Shown here: piece after piece, positions 31,081-43,457 of the stretch
How positions within the stretch are numbered: position 1 is the first letter of the stretch
Layout: the number at the start of each line of letters is the position of its first letter
Source of the DNA: Thermoanaerobaculia bacterium
GTDB taxonomy: Bacteria > Acidobacteriota > Thermoanaerobaculia > Gp7-AA8
Direction of reading: 5' to 3'
Assembly: GCA_041750915.1 (NCBI GenBank)
Contig: JBGSYJ010000248.1
Span: 1-59,881, forward strand
Length of the DNA stretch: 59,881 nt
Position numbers and translations under genes: made by a program
The notes under the pieces: generated by a model
Database searches by the model: none
What the model was told of the DNA's origin: nothing
Seen by the model: only the letters and a program-made list of their open reading frames with translations

Positions 31081-32913
31081 ATGTGCGGAATCATCGGATA
31101 TGTCGGGACGCGAGATGTCGTCCCGGTGATCATGGACGGACTCAAGAAGCTCGAGTATCGGGGATATGACAGCGCCGGAATCGCGGTGATCAACGGTGAG
31201 GGCGTGCGGATCGTCCGAGCTGAGGGTAAGCTGACGAATCTCGAGACGAAACTCGAAACCGACAAACTCTCGGGACACTTTGGAATGGGGCATACACGTT
31301 GGGCCACCCACGGGAAACCCAACGAGAATAACGCGCATCCTCACCGCGACTGCAGCGGAAACATCGTCGTGATTCACAACGGAATCATCGAGAATTTCCT
31401 CACGCTCAAGCAGCAGCTTCAGAAAGAGGGCCACGAGTTCAAGACGGAGACGGATACCGAAGTCGTCGCCCACATGATCGAGTCGAAGATGAGCGCGGGG
31501 CAGTCGTTCCGGCAGGCTGTTCCCGCGACACTCAAAGAGCTCGACGGACACTACGCCCTGGTGATCGTCTCATCGCAGGAGCCAGGCACGATCATCGCGG
31601 CCCGTGAGGGCCCGCCTCTCGTGGTGGGCGTAGGGGAAGGCGAGAACATCGTCGCATCCGACGTCACGCCGCTGCTCGCGTACACGCGGGACATTCTCTA
31701 CCTCGAAGACGGTGAGTACGCGATCGTCGACGAGAACAAGGTCGAGATCTTCGACAGCGCTGACGCAGTGGTGCACCGTGAGCCGAAGCGGATCCTGTGG
31801 GATGCCGTCATGGCCGAGAAGGAAGGCTACAAGCACTACATGCTCAAGGAGATTCACGAGCAGCCGCGTGCCGTGCGCGAGACATTCAACGGCAGGATGT
31901 TCGAGGAGTCGGGAGAGATCTTCTTCAACGACCTCCAGTTCACGCCGGAAGAGTGGCAGAAGTTCACGAGAATCCACATCGTCGCGTGCGGAACTTCGTG
32001 GCACTCCGGCCTCGTCGGAAAGTTCCTTCTCGAAAGTGCGAGCGGCATTTCTGTCGACGTCGACTACGGCTCGGAGTATCGCTATCGGGACCCGATCGTC
32101 GACGATACGACGCTTGTCATCGGTGTCACACAGTCAGGAGAGACCGCGGATACGATCGCAGGGATGCAGGAAGCGAAGAAGAAGGGCGCCAGAATCATCA
32201 CGATCTGCAACGTGATCGGATCAGCCGCAACGCGAATGTCGGACGGCATCATCTATACGAACGCCGGCCCCGAGATCGGCGTCGCATCGACCAAGGCTTT
32301 CACGACACAGCTCACCGCGTTCTACCTTCTTTCACTCTACGTGCGGCAGCTCCGCGGCGAGAACAAGGATGACCTCCGTTTCGCGATGCATGAGCTGACG
32401 ACGATCCCGCACAAGATCGAGACGATCCTCAAGAAGGAAAAGCAGATCGAGGAGCTCGCGCACCGTTACGCGAAGGCGCAGGACTTCCTCTTTCTGGGGC
32501 GCGGCGTCCATTACCCGATCGCTCTCGAGGGAGCGCTCAAGCTCAAAGAAGTCTCCTACATTCACGCCGAGGGCTATCCCGCCGGCGAGATGAAGCACGG
32601 TCCCATCGCTCTGATCGATGAGAACCTTCCCGTCGTCGGTGTCGTCACCCACAATCGCGTGTACGACAAGGTCGTCTCGAATCTTCAGGAAGTGAAGGCG
32701 CGCGACGGCAAGCTGATCGTCATCTGCGACGAAGGCGATGAACAAATGCGCGACTTTGCAGACGAGGTCATCGAGATTCCGTGGGCGGTCGAAGCGCTGC
32801 AGCCGATCCTGTCGGTGATTCCGATGCAGCTGCTTGCGTACTACATCGCGCTGAGGCGAGGATGCGACGTCGATCAGCCAAGGAATCTCGCCAAAAGCGT
32901 CACAGTCGAGTAG
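31081..32913 (+). CDS. glmS: Glutamine--fructose-6-phosphate aminotransferase
   Basis: MCGIIGYVG N-terminal nucleophile, two SIS domains, terminal ..NLAKSVTVE. Confidence 0.97.
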   Translation: MCGIIGYVGTRDVVPVIMDGLKKLEYRGYDSAGIAVINGEGVRIVRAEGKLTNLETKLETDKLSGHFGMGHTRWATHGKPNENNAHPHRDCSGNIVVIHNGIIENFLTLKQQLQKEGHEFKTETDTEVVAHMIESKMSAGQSFRQAVPATLKELDGHYALVIVSSQEPGTIIAAREGPPLVVGVGEGENIVASDVTPLLAYTRDILYLEDGEYAIVDENKVEIFDSADAVVHREPKRILWDAVMAEKEGYKHYMLKEIHEQPRAVRETFNGRMFEESGEIFFNDLQFTPEEWQKFTRIHIVACGTSWHSGLVGKFLLESASGISVDVDYGSEYRYRDPIVDDTTLVIGVTQSGETADTIAGMQEAKKKGARIITICNVIGSAATRMSDGIIYTNAGPEIGVASTKAFTTQLTAFYLLSLYVRQLRGENKDDLRFAMHELTTIPHKIETILKKEKQIEELAHRYAKAQDFLFLGRGVHYPIALEGALKLKEVSYIHAEGYPAGEMKHGPIALIDENLPVVGVVTHNRVYDKVVSNLQEVKARDGKLIVICDEGDEQMRDFADEVIEIPWAVEALQPILSVIPMQLLAYYIALRRGCDVDQPRNLAKSVTVE

Positions 32914-32928
32914 GGGCAAGCGCGCCGC

Positions 32929-33016
32929 GTGTCATCCTGAGCGCAGCGAAGGATCCCCTTCCTCGAGGCGATACCGCAAGTCTTCAGGGGATCCTTCGCT
33001 TCGCTCAGGATGACAC
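32929..33016. repeat. MITE-like palindrome, family F1
   Basis: Full copy 16 nt after the glmS stop. Loop cttcctcgaggcgataccgcaagtcttcag. Confidence 0.95.
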
Positions 33017-33059
33017 TGGGGCCGGGGTGCCAAGTCTGGGTGATCAGAAACCCGTCTGC

Positions 33060-34190
33060 TCACTCCCGTACGATCCAGCCTCCGCCGAGGCACAGGTCGT
33101 CCTGGTAGAACACCACGGCCTGTCCCGGAGCGACCGCGCGCAATGGTGCGCGGAACACGACCGTCGCGGTATCGTTTCCCGTGGGCGTAACGAGCGCCGC
33201 AACCTCAGTCTGCCGCGAACGAACGCGCGCAGCGACCTCGATCGGTTCCGCGGGCGCTTCGCCGGAGATCCAGTGAACGCGCTGCGCTGAGAGCTCGGTC
33301 TTTTCGAGAAGCTCGCCGGGGCCAACCGTAACTCTGCGCGTCAGCGGATTCACTTCCAGAACGTACGTCCGTTCCGGAAATCCTCCCGCCTGGAGCCCGC
33401 GCCGCTGGCCGACGGTGAAATTGTAATAGCCCGTGTGGTGGCCGACCACTTCGCCCGTGACGTCGACGATCTCTCCGCCCGCTCTCTCCTCCGAGGCTGC
33501 GAGAATCAGCGGATCATCATCCGCCGCTCCGGCGGCGACGAGCTTGCGCGCCTCCGACTCGACGACTTTGGCGTAGCCATCCTTCTTCGGTACGAAGCAG
33601 ATCTCGAACGATTCGCTCTTCTCGGCGACCGAGAGCTCACCGCGAGCGGCTACATCGCGCACCTCACGCTTGGTCATCTCACCGAGGGGAAAGACTGCAT
33701 CCGCTAGCTGCTCCTGCGTGAGCTCGAACAGAAAGTACGACTGATCCTTCTCGCGGTCGACCGCCTTCCGCAACTCAAGCTTCCCGTCGGCTCCGCGCAC
33801 GATTCGCGCGTAGTGTCCGGTCGCTACTTTCTCCGCGCCGACCGAGAAGGCCTTCTCATGAAGGAGTGCGAACTTCACGTGCGTATTGCAGAGCACGCAG
33901 GGGCTCGGTGTGTTTCCGTGAAGGTAGTCTTTGACGAACGGCTTGACCACCATCTCGCGGAACTCGGACTCCAGATTGAGAATGAAATGCGGGATCTCGA
34001 GCTTCCATGCGACGCGGCGGGCATCCGTCAGGTCGTCGATGGTGCAGCATCCGCCATACGTCGTGTCGGCGTTCGTGAGGTTGTCGTACATCTGCATCGA
34101 CAACCCGATCACGTCGTGGCCCTGCGACTTGAGGATCAGCGCGGCAGTCGAAGAATCGACCCCGCCCGACATGGCTACGGCAACTTTCAT
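33060..34190 (-). CDS. mnmA: tRNA 2-thiouridine(34) synthase
   Basis: Trimmed to ATG 34190 (MKVAVAMSGGVDSS PP-loop). CC..D, HYAR and DQSYFL blocks. The upstream track codons run through an F3 repeat. Confidence 0.93.
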   Translation of the reverse strand: MKVAVAMSGGVDSSTAALILKSQGHDVIGLSMQMYDNLTNADTTYGGCCTIDDLTDARRVAWKLEIPHFILNLESEFREMVVKPFVKDYLHGNTPSPCVLCNTHVKFALLHEKAFSVGAEKVATGHYARIVRGADGKLELRKAVDREKDQSYFLFELTQEQLADAVFPLGEMTKREVRDVAARGELSVAEKSESFEICFVPKKDGYAKVVESEARKLVAAGAADDDPLILAASEERAGGEIVDVTGEVVGHHTGYYNFTVGQRRGLQAGGFPERTYVLEVNPLTRRVTVGPGELLEKTELSAQRVHWISGEAPAEPIEVAARVRSRQTEVAALVTPTGNDTATVVFRAPLRAVAPGQAVVFYQDDLCLGGGWIVRE

Positions 34191-34255
34191 CCGCAGAAGC
34201 AAAGAATCTGAGCCGCGTCGAAATTCCGGGACGCGCCGTGCGAAGGATGAACCAG

Positions 34256-34428
34256 GTGTCATCCCGAGCAAGTGTGGGAGTGTGGGAGGGGCGAGGGACC
34301 TCACGCGATGGTACATAGTTGCCTCGAGGAGAGGTTCGTACTCCTCACTGTCCCGTGACGAACTGACTATGTACTATCGCCGGAGGTCCCTCGCCCCTCC
34401 CACCCGCACAACCAGGCTCGGGATGACA
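34256..34428. repeat. MITE-like palindrome, family F3 (full, about 172 bp)
   Basis: gTGTCATCCCGAGCaagtgtgggagtgtgggaggggcgagggacctc..ggtacatagt......ctatgtactatcgccggaggtccctcgcccctcccacccgcacaaccaggCTCGGGATGACA. Confidence 0.95.
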
Positions 34429-34445
34429 AATTTACAGATTTCGGC

Positions 34446-36719
34446 TCAACCCTCCGCCCGGTCCTCGATCTCCTGCGCGTCGATCACCGCGATCGCCGCC
34501 ATATTCACGATGTCCGAGACATCAACGCCTCTCTGCAGCACGTGAACCGGCTTCGACAGTCCCTGAAGGATCGGGCCGATCGCCTCGGCGCCGCCCAGCC
34601 TCCAGAGCAGTTTGTACGCGATATTCGCCGACTGGAGATCAGGGCAGATGAGAACGTTCGCATCGCCCTGAATCGTACTCCATGGGTAATCGCTCTTCGC
34701 GATGTCCGGCATGACGGCAATGTCGGCCTGCATCTCACCTTCGATCGCGAGCTCGGGATGCGTGGTCCTGACAATTTCCACCGCTCGCCGCACCTTGTCC
34801 TGCAACGGATGTTTCGTCGAGCCGAAGTTCGAGAAAGACAGCATCGCAATTCGCGGCTCGAGCTCGAACCTCTTCGCAGTTTCAGCGGTCAGGATTGCAA
34901 TCTCCGCGAGATCTTCGGCCGAAGGGTCGATGTTCACGGTCGTATCGGCCAGGATGACGAGACGGCTCTTGAACACGAGGATGTAGGCCCCGGAAACACG
35001 ACGAACTGTCGGCCGAGTGCTGATGACCTGAAGGGCCGGCCTGATCGTCGCGGGATAGTACGTTCGAAGGCCCGAGATGGCGCCATCAGCATCGCCCGCA
35101 TCCATCATCAGCATCGCGAAGTAATTTCTGCTCGCCAGGCGGGTGGTGGCATCTGAGAGCGTTACGCCGGATCTGCGCCGGATCTCGTGAAAGCGCTGAA
35201 TGTAGCGTTCGAGATCAGGCGACTGCTCCGGATCGATAATCGTGATCGCTCCCTCCGCGACGTCGAGATCCGAGAGCTTCCGTTCCAGCTCGTCACGCTT
35301 GCCGAGCAGGATCGGATGCGCGATGCCCTCGTCGGCGAGAATTCGCGCGGCTCGAATGATCTTCTCGTGATCGCCCTCGGGAAAGACGATCCGCTTCGGT
35401 CTGCGCTTCGCCTTGTCGTACACGGTGTGCATCAGCGCGCGCGAGTATCCGAGCAGCTTCTCGAGCTTCCGCTTGTATGCGTCGTAGTCCTGGATCGGAT
35501 GCAGCGCAACACCTGTCTCCGCCGCGGCGCGTGCAACTGCAACGGGAACCCAGAGCAGCACGCGGTGATCGAATGGCTTGGGAATGAGATAGTCCGGCCC
35601 GAAGGTGATCGCTCCCTCGGAGTACGCGCGCAGCACGGAATCGGGCACTTCTTCCCGGGCAAGCTCGGCCAGGGCCCTTGCTGCAGCGATCTTCATCTCA
35701 TCGTTGATCTGAGTCGCTCCGCAATCGAGCGCACCACGAAAGATGAAAGGAAACCCGAGGACGTTGTTCACCTGGTTCGGATAATCTGAGCGTCCGGTGG
35801 CCATGATGATGTCGTCTCGACAGGCGCGGGCGTCCTCGTAGGAGATCTCTGGATCAGGATTGGCGAGCGCAAACACGATCGGTTTCGCCGCCATGGAACG
35901 CACCATCTCTTTCGTCACGATGCCGGCGACTGAGAGACCGATAAACACGTCCGCCCCATCGAGCGCATCAGCGAGAGTGCGCTTCTCTGTGTCGGCTGCG
36001 AACTCTTCCTTGTACTCCGTCATATCGACGGTTCGCCCGCGGTAGATCACGCCCTTGCTGTCGACCAGAAGCACGTTCTCTTTTCGCAGACCCATCTTCA
36101 GGTAGAGGCGAAGGCAACCCATGGCCGCGGCGCCGGCGCCCGACAGAACGATCTTCACCTCTTCGATGCGCTTGCCCGCGATTTCGATCGCATTCAGCAA
36201 CGCGGCAGAAGAAATGATCGCGGTGCCATGCTGGTCGTCGTGAAAGACCGGTATGTTCATCGACTCCTGGAGTCGTCTTTCGATCTCGAAGCACTCGGGA
36301 GCCGCGATGTCCTCGAGATTGATTCCGCCGAACGTCGGCTCCATGATCTTCACGGCATTGATGAAGGCCTCGGTGTCGCGTGTGTCGAGCTCGAGGTCGA
36401 ACACGTCGAGATCGGCGAAGCGTTTGAACAGAACGGCCTTGCCTTCCATGACCGGCTTGCCGGCAGCAGCGCCGATAGCTCCGAGTCCGAGGACGGCCGT
36501 GCCGTTCGAGATGACGGCGACGAGATTGCCTTTGTTCGTGTAGCGGTAGATGTCCGAAGGGTTGTTCGCGATCTCGAGACAGGGCTTGGCGACGCCCGGC
36601 GTGTAAGCGAGCGCGAGATCGCGCTGGGTCGCGGTCGGTTTTGTTGGAACAACTTCAGTCTTACCGGGACGTGAGCCCTCGTGGTATTCGAGGGCTTCAT
36701 CGCGTGTGATTCTTGTCAT
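34446..36719 (-). CDS. maeB: NADP-dependent malic enzyme (malic enzyme domain plus phosphotransacetylase-like domain)
   Basis: Trimmed to ATG 36719 ([13 protein letters not shown]). [27 protein letters not shown]-terminal PTA-like half. Confidence 0.93.
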   Translation of the reverse strand: MTRITRDEALEYHEGSRPGKTEVVPTKPTATQRDLALAYTPGVAKPCLEIANNPSDIYRYTNKGNLVAVISNGTAVLGLGAIGAAAGKPVMEGKAVLFKRFADLDVFDLELDTRDTEAFINAVKIMEPTFGGINLEDIAAPECFEIERRLQESMNIPVFHDDQHGTAIISSAALLNAIEIAGKRIEEVKIVLSGAGAAAMGCLRLYLKMGLRKENVLLVDSKGVIYRGRTVDMTEYKEEFAADTEKRTLADALDGADVFIGLSVAGIVTKEMVRSMAAKPIVFALANPDPEISYEDARACRDDIIMATGRSDYPNQVNNVLGFPFIFRGALDCGATQINDEMKIAAARALAELAREEVPDSVLRAYSEGAITFGPDYLIPKPFDHRVLLWVPVAVARAAAETGVALHPIQDYDAYKRKLEKLLGYSRALMHTVYDKAKRRPKRIVFPEGDHEKIIRAARILADEGIAHPILLGKRDELERKLSDLDVAEGAITIIDPEQSPDLERYIQRFHEIRRRSGVTLSDATTRLASRNYFAMLMMDAGDADGAISGLRTYYPATIRPALQVISTRPTVRRVSGAYILVFKSRLVILADTTVNIDPSAEDLAEIAILTAETAKRFELEPRIAMLSFSNFGSTKHPLQDKVRRAVEIVRTTHPELAIEGEMQADIAVMPDIAKSDYPWSTIQGDANVLICPDLQSANIAYKLLWRLGGAEAIGPILQGLSKPVHVLQRGVDVSDIVNMAAIAVIDAQEIEDRAEG

Positions 36720-36827
36720 CGCGAGGACTCCGTGGGGGAGAGTGGAGCGGGTGGACAACCGCCGCCCGCGTACGAGTCGCAAAGCTTATCATGCCATTTG
36801 GGACGGTCATGTCACGGCGGCGAGCGG

Positions 36828-36915
36828 GTGTCATCCTGAGCGCAGCGAAGGATCCCCTTCCTCGAGACGATACCGCAAGTCTTCAGGGGATCCTTCGCTT
36901 CGCTCAGGATGACAC
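36828..36915. repeat. MITE-like palindrome, family F1
   Basis: Full copy, nearly identical to the one at 32929. Confidence 0.95.
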
Positions 36916-37026
36916 CGCGCTACGGGTGGTGGTTTCTTGCAATCACTTCGGCACGTCCCGTCCGAATACAGAAAGGCCGCGCCTTGCGGGCGCGGCCTTG
37001 TGTCCTACAGCTCGAAACGAAACCGG

Positions 37027-38226
37027 CTATCCCTTCGCGCTCCTCGGCGTCTTTGCATCGAGGACGGGCGAAGGCTCGACACGGCGGCCTGCTTCGCCAC
37101 GGGACTTTGCAAACCAGCGGTTCCAGGCAAGAACGACTGCCGGCACGATCCAGAGCGTCGAGAGAGTCCCGATGATCACTCCGGCAAAAAGAAGCAGCGC
37201 GAAGTCATGAATCACTTCGCCGCCAAACAGAATCAGCGAAAGCAGAATCAGAAGTACTGATCCACCGGTCAGCACAGTTCTCGACAGCGTCTGATTGAGC
37301 GAACGATTCACCAGTGATTCGAAACTCTCACGCACTCTCGACTTCTTCACGTTTTCGCGGACGCGGTCGTAAATGACGACCGTGTCATTGATCGAATAAC
37401 CGATGATCATCAGGAACGCGGCAACGGTGATCAGCGAGAACTCGCCGCCCACCATGACGAGGAACGCGAATGCCATGGCTACGTCGTGAATCAGCGCAAT
37501 GATTGCGGCGACACCAAAGCGGAGATCGAAGCGGACGGCGATGTAGATGCCCATCGCGAGAGTCGACAGCGCGATCGCCCAGATCGCCTTATTCTGAAGC
37601 TCGCGTCCGACCTGCGGCCCGACTGTCTCCTGGCTTAGAAGATTGAACTGACCGAGAATCGTTTCGGCGGCGAGCACCTGCGAGGTTGCTGCCGTGACTC
37701 CCGGTGTCGAGGTCACTTCCTGATAAGTCCGAAATAGCCCGAGCTCGGACCGCTTTGAAATGATCGCCTGAGCGACGCCATGGTAATGGTCGTGCGCTGC
37801 GGCCGCCGTTCCCCGCTTGTCCGGATCCTGGGCCTTGAGCATTTCGGCAATCGCCGCTCTGCCCTGAAAATTGAGATCGAGTTTCTGGCTCGCCTCCGGA
37901 TTCAGTGTCGTATTCAGCGACTGTACGACCTGGCCCGCGTAGTCACCTTCCTGCTGCAGCTGCGGAAGCCGGATCAGGACCGAATTGTCCTCGGCAGCAC
38001 CGTACCGCTGGATGCTCGCTGAAGGTACAGCCGCGCGAAGCTGGTCGATCGGCACGGTGTCCTTGAAACGCAGGACCACGTTGGCGCCGCCCGAGAAATC
38101 AATCCCGAGGTTCAGCCCCTTCACCGCAAACAGGCCGAGGCCGACGAGCGTGAAAAGCAGAGTGAAGGCGAGAACGTGGTAACGCCACTTCAGAAAATCA
38201 AAATTTGTATTAGTGAAAATTTCCAT
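37027..38226 (-). CDS. secF: Protein translocase subunit SecF (with basic C-terminal tail)
   Basis: FDFLKWR start, GIDFSGG, and C-terminal 6-TM SecDF domain. Follows secD by 16 nt. Confidence 0.93.
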   Translation of the reverse strand: MEIFTNTNFDFLKWRYHVLAFTLLFTLVGLGLFAVKGLNLGIDFSGGANVVLRFKDTVPIDQLRAAVPSASIQRYGAAEDNSVLIRLPQLQQEGDYAGQVVQSLNTTLNPEASQKLDLNFQGRAAIAEMLKAQDPDKRGTAAAAHDHYHGVAQAIISKRSELGLFRTYQEVTSTPGVTAATSQVLAAETILGQFNLLSQETVGPQVGRELQNKAIWAIALSTLAMGIYIAVRFDLRFGVAAIIALIHDVAMAFAFLVMVGGEFSLITVAAFLMIIGYSINDTVVIYDRVRENVKKSRVRESFESLVNRSLNQTLSRTVLTGGSVLLILLSLILFGGEVIHDFALLLFAGVIIGTLSTLWIVPAVVLAWNRWFAKSRGEAGRRVEPSPVLDAKTPRSAKG

Positions 38227-38242
38227 AGTCTTTTCCTCGCCC

Positions 38243-39811
38243 TCAGATGCTCATTCTCGCCACGGGGCGATTGTTGCGGTTGTAAACCAGCTCGAAGATC
38301 ACCCGCGATACGAAGAACGCGGTGAACATCGACGCGGCAAGTCCGATCAGCAGCGTAACGGCAAAGCCCTTAACGGGGCCGGTACCGAACTGAAACAGAA
38401 ACAACGCTGCGATCATCGTAGTCAAATGTGTATCGATGACCGTTCCGAGGGCCAGAGAGAACCCCGCCTCGATCGAAGCGCGAACGCCCTTCCCGGACCG
38501 AAGCTCTTCGCGGATCCTCTCGAACACCAGGACGTTCGAATCGATCGCCATGCCGAGCGTCAGGATGATGCCCGCGATTCCAGGCAGCGTCAGAGTGGCC
38601 TGAAAGTACGACATCATTCCGAGAAGGATGAGCAGGTTCAGCAGGAGCGCGATGATCGCATTGATGCCCGCTCCTCTGTAATAGAGGAGCACGGCAACGA
38701 CCATCAGCATGAATCCGATGATTGATGCAGTCACGCCGGCGCGAATCGAATCCATCCCGAGGGAAGGTCCGACTGTCCGCTCCTCGAGAGTCGTAAGCGA
38801 TGCTGGAAGCGATCCGCTACGGAGAACCAGCGCGAGATCGGCGGCCTCCTGAGGCGTGAAGTTCCCCTCGATGACACCTTCGCCATCGATGCGGCTGTTG
38901 ATCACCGGAGCCGACTGGATACGGTTATCCAGCACGATCGCCAGCTGCCGTCCGATATTGCCGCCCGTCAGTTCGCCGAACTTCGAGGTGCCTTCGGCCG
39001 TCATTGAAAAGCCGATCGTCGAGCCGCCCATCTCTCCCTTCTGCACGCGGGCGGACTTGAGGTCGCGCCCGGTCATCGGGATGTTCTTGCGGACTGCGTA
39101 GTACTGCACGCCCGTCGTGCGCCCGAAGGTGTCGAGCTGTTTGCCCGGAAGAATGTCGACGTCCGCTGCGGTCACGCCGGCAGGAAGCGTGACGCCTTCC
39201 TGAGTCATCGAGCTGCCGCCCTCGACGAGCCGGAACTGGAGCTGTGCCGTCGTGCGGATGATCTCCTTGACGCGCACCGGGTCATCGACTCCCGGCAGCT
39301 GGATCACGATGCGGTCTCTGCCGCCGCCACGAGTGATGATCGGCTCGGTCACGCCGAGTGCGTCAACGCGGTTCCGGATCGTCTCGATGGCCTGCAGGAC
39401 GGTCTGTTCTTCGATCTGAGTCATCGCTGCGGTCGCGAGCGTGTACGTCAGACCGCCGGGAGTTGAGGAGGTTTCGAACATCGGGAGCCAGTTGGCACCG
39501 ATGCCCTCGTAGACAGTCGTGTTGACACCCGCCGGGGGGGTCAGCACGAAAGAACTGTCCGTAACGCGCCTGACTTCCGGGACCGGCTGCTGCTCGCGGG
39601 CCGCCTGGACCTTGAGCGTTTCCATAGCCTGATCGACTTCGGCCCTGAGAGCATCGACCGTGTTCACCCGCATGACCAGGTGCGTGCCGCCTTTGAGATC
39701 GAGCCCTAGCGGAATCCTCTCGGGATTCGACTCAGTCGGAACGATCGCCACCGTGAAGACGATGATCACCGCCAGAATCAACGCCAGCTTCCACCACATG
39801 TTCTTACGCAA
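38243..39811 (-). CDS. secD: Protein translocase subunit SecD
   Basis: LGLDLKGG, large periplasmic domain, SecDF TM domain (GIAGIILTLGMAIDSNVLVFERIREE). Confidence 0.95.
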   Translation of the reverse strand: MRKNMWWKLALILAVIIVFTVAIVPTESNPERIPLGLDLKGGTHLVMRVNTVDALRAEVDQAMETLKVQAAREQQPVPEVRRVTDSSFVLTPPAGVNTTVYEGIGANWLPMFETSSTPGGLTYTLATAAMTQIEEQTVLQAIETIRNRVDALGVTEPIITRGGGRDRIVIQLPGVDDPVRVKEIIRTTAQLQFRLVEGGSSMTQEGVTLPAGVTAADVDILPGKQLDTFGRTTGVQYYAVRKNIPMTGRDLKSARVQKGEMGGSTIGFSMTAEGTSKFGELTGGNIGRQLAIVLDNRIQSAPVINSRIDGEGVIEGNFTPQEAADLALVLRSGSLPASLTTLEERTVGPSLGMDSIRAGVTASIIGFMLMVVAVLLYYRGAGINAIIALLLNLLILLGMMSYFQATLTLPGIAGIILTLGMAIDSNVLVFERIREELRSGKGVRASIEAGFSLALGTVIDTHLTTMIAALFLFQFGTGPVKGFAVTLLIGLAASMFTAFFVSRVIFELVYNRNNRPVARMSI

Positions 39812-39832
39812 AAGAGTCCTCCGTAGCGGGTG

Positions 39833-40147
39833 TCAGTCCGCCGATGAATCACCACTGATTGTGTTCACGATCGCTGAGCGAAGCACCCTGACCTTCACGT
39901 TCTCGGCGATCTTGAGGTGAACGATATCGCTCTCAACCCCCTGAATGGTCCCGTAGATTCCGCCTGAGGTCACCACCCGGTCCCCCTTCTTGAGCGCCGC
40001 AAGCATCTCCTGGGTCTTGCGTCGCTGCTTGTTTGCAGGCGCGATCACCATGAAATAGAAGATTCCGACGATGGCAATGATCGGCAGGAAGTTGAAGATC
40101 AGCCCCTCGACTCCCCCGGCCTGCAGAAGAGCTATCGTTGTCGTCAT
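39833..40147 (-). CDS. yajC: Preprotein translocase subunit YajC
   Basis: Single TM, then RKTQEMLAALKKGDRVVTSGGIYGTI. Confidence 0.92.
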   Translation of the reverse strand: MTTTIALLQAGGVEGLIFNFLPIIAIVGIFYFMVIAPANKQRRKTQEMLAALKKGDRVVTSGGIYGTIQGVESDIVHLKIAENVKVRVLRSAIVNTISGDSSAD

Positions 40148-40302
40148 AGGTCATTCCTTTCCGGAAACATTCCGGTGTCCGAGTCAGAGAAGTAACCGCG
40201 TTTGTACAGTTCCGTGAATTTTCCGGGCTCGTTTCGAAGTGAATCGAGGATGGCGGTGACCGCCCGCTCCGGGATTCCTCTTCGTGGACGGACTGATCTG
40301 CC

Positions 40303-41592
<1,290 letters not shown>

Positions 41593-41598
41593 GTTAGT

Positions 41599-42279
41599 TC
41601 AGTTGAGCTTCATCTGCTCGACTTTGACGTTCGCGGGAAGCTTCAGCACGAATCGCGACGCCGGCACGGGGGCGTTGACCTTGATGTTCGAGAACTCGTA
41701 TCGCGTCGAGTTGCCGTTGCCTTCCACGTACTCGAATTGCGAAGTGAGATACGAGCTCTTGTCTATCCAGATGCGGATCTGGCGCACCTGGCGAGCGAGC
41801 GTTTTTGTCTTTGGCTGAAGCTCCAGCCTGTAGAAGGGCTCGTTCTTCGGATTGACGAAGCGGAAGTTGAAATACTTGCCCAGCTCGTCGATCGCACCAG
41901 CCGCTCCGAGGTACTTGAAGATCCGGTCTTCGAACCGCTTGACCTCCATCTTCTCCGCTTTCGCCAGGGACGGATAGTAAGTCGTCAGCCAGCCGTCTGC
42001 GATCAGCATCGTCACAGGGCGCGGCTTTTCATACACCCACAGCACCTTGTTCGGTGCGCTGAACAGGAACGTTCCGGAAGAGGTCTCCGATCCCGCCAGA
42101 AGACCGTGAGTCTTCTCCTGTTTGAAATCAGCCGTGAGTGAGCGAGTCGCTTTCTGTTGAGCGGAGACCTTCTTCACCACACTTTCCAGCGTCACGGGAG
42201 CCGCGGGAGCCGCCTCGACGGTCATGGATGTGGAGAGCAGAATCGCGGAAAGGGGAAGCAGGAATCGTCTCGTGAGCAT
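41599..42279 (-). CDS. LolA-like outer-membrane lipoprotein carrier/sorting protein
   Basis: Signal peptide. SLTADFKQEK...SSGTFLFSAPNKVLWVYEKP pattern typical of the LolA family. Confidence 0.75.
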   Translation of the reverse strand: MLTRRFLLPLSAILLSTSMTVEAAPAAPVTLESVVKKVSAQQKATRSLTADFKQEKTHGLLAGSETSSGTFLFSAPNKVLWVYEKPRPVTMLIADGWLTTYYPSLAKAEKMEVKRFEDRIFKYLGAAGAIDELGKYFNFRFVNPKNEPFYRLELQPKTKTLARQVRQIRIWIDKSSYLTSQFEYVEGNGNSTRYEFSNIKVNAPVPASRFVLKLPANVKVEQMKLN

Positions 42280-42374
42280 GGCTCCGGCAACAGCCTCTCG
42301 CTCGGTGAATATTTCGCCCGTGAAGCCGGCAGCGCCCTAAATCACAATAAACATGTATAATTTCCATCAAACTC

Positions 42375-43214
42375 ATGAGGATAAACATGCGCATTCTCGT
42401 CTCGATCGGATTTGCACTTCTTCTCGCCTCTCCTTCCTTCGCCGCGGTCGAGTATCAGTTCCGCCAGACCACCCGATCGGATCAGGCCACCGTTCCATCG
42501 GTGCCCGTGACCGGGCGGGCGGTTCTCGATGGAGAGAACACCCGCGTCGATTACCTGAGCGGATCTTCCTTCGAGGCGGGCACCTACCTGATTGCCCGGA
42601 GAGATCAGGGAAAACTCCTGATCGTCAATCCCAAAGACAAGACGTACTCGGTGACCGACCTGACCGCTGTAGCGACATCCATCGGCAATCGAGGCATCCG
42701 GATTCAGAATCTCAAGACAAAGCTCACGAAGATGGATGGCAGACCGATCGTCGCGGGACTTCCGACCGATCACCACCGGCTCGAAGCGAGCTACGAGATG
42801 ACGGTCCAGTTCGGGGAGCTTGCTCTGACCCAGAACATCCAGACGGTCGTCGAGAAGTGGACAACCGAGGCTTTCGGCGACGCCGGGCAGAGCGCATTGA
42901 CGGAGGGACCTCTCCGCACCGGAAACGAGGAGATCGACCGGCTGATCGAGGCTGAAACCTCGAAGGTCAGCGGATTGCCACTGCGTCAGGTCGTTACGAT
43001 CACGACCACTCCGGCGAACGTCCGGACGACGTCACAGCTGAAGATGAACGGAAGGCGGCGGCACATCTCCGAGATGATCGTGACCTCGATCCAGGCGCGC
43101 GACATCGAGCAGTCCTACTTCGAGGTTCCCTCAGGATTCACCAGAGTTCAGGAGATCAAGTCCGGGGTCCAGGAACACGCTGTCGAGACTCTGTCGATGG
43201 AACCGGGTAACTGA
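42375..43214 (+). CDS. Secreted hypothetical protein
   Basis: Signal peptide ..ILVSIGFALLLASPSFA (the start may be ATG 42387). Beta-rich body. TATAAT at 42356-42361 lies just upstream. Confidence 0.6.
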   Translation: MRINMRILVSIGFALLLASPSFAAVEYQFRQTTRSDQATVPSVPVTGRAVLDGENTRVDYLSGSSFEAGTYLIARRDQGKLLIVNPKDKTYSVTDLTAVATSIGNRGIRIQNLKTKLTKMDGRPIVAGLPTDHHRLEASYEMTVQFGELALTQNIQTVVEKWTTEAFGDAGQSALTEGPLRTGNEEIDRLIEAETSKVSGLPLRQVVTITTTPANVRTTSQLKMNGRRRHISEMIVTSIQARDIEQSYFEVPSGFTRVQEIKSGVQEHAVETLSMEPGN

Positions 43215-43281
43215 GCCGACAACGTGGCATCTCACGGTTGTGGCGAGCGATGAACGAGCTCGTCGGGCCAGAGCGCAACAC

Positions 43282-43369
43282 GTGTCATCCTGAGCGAAGC
43301 GAAGGATCCCCTGAAGACCGGCGTCAGTGCATCGAGGTAGGGGATCCTTCGCTTCGCTCAGGATGACAC
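43282..43369. repeat. MITE-like palindrome, family F1 (inverted loop orientation)
   Basis: Full copy with loop ctgaagaccggcgtcagtgcatcgaggtag. Confidence 0.95.
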
Positions 43370-43457
43370 GCTGCTCAATGTGCGGTTGCGTATGGATCAG
43401 CTGTACTGTTAAGATCCGCCGAGATCCTGATTTCCGAAAGTAGTAGCCATAGAACGA

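Noticed and set aside
30997-31551. N-terminal 185 codons of ORF 29848..31551.
   Set aside because: The extension would overlap the glmS coding region on the opposite strand. An internal ATG at 30996 gives a textbook lipoprotein signal peptide.
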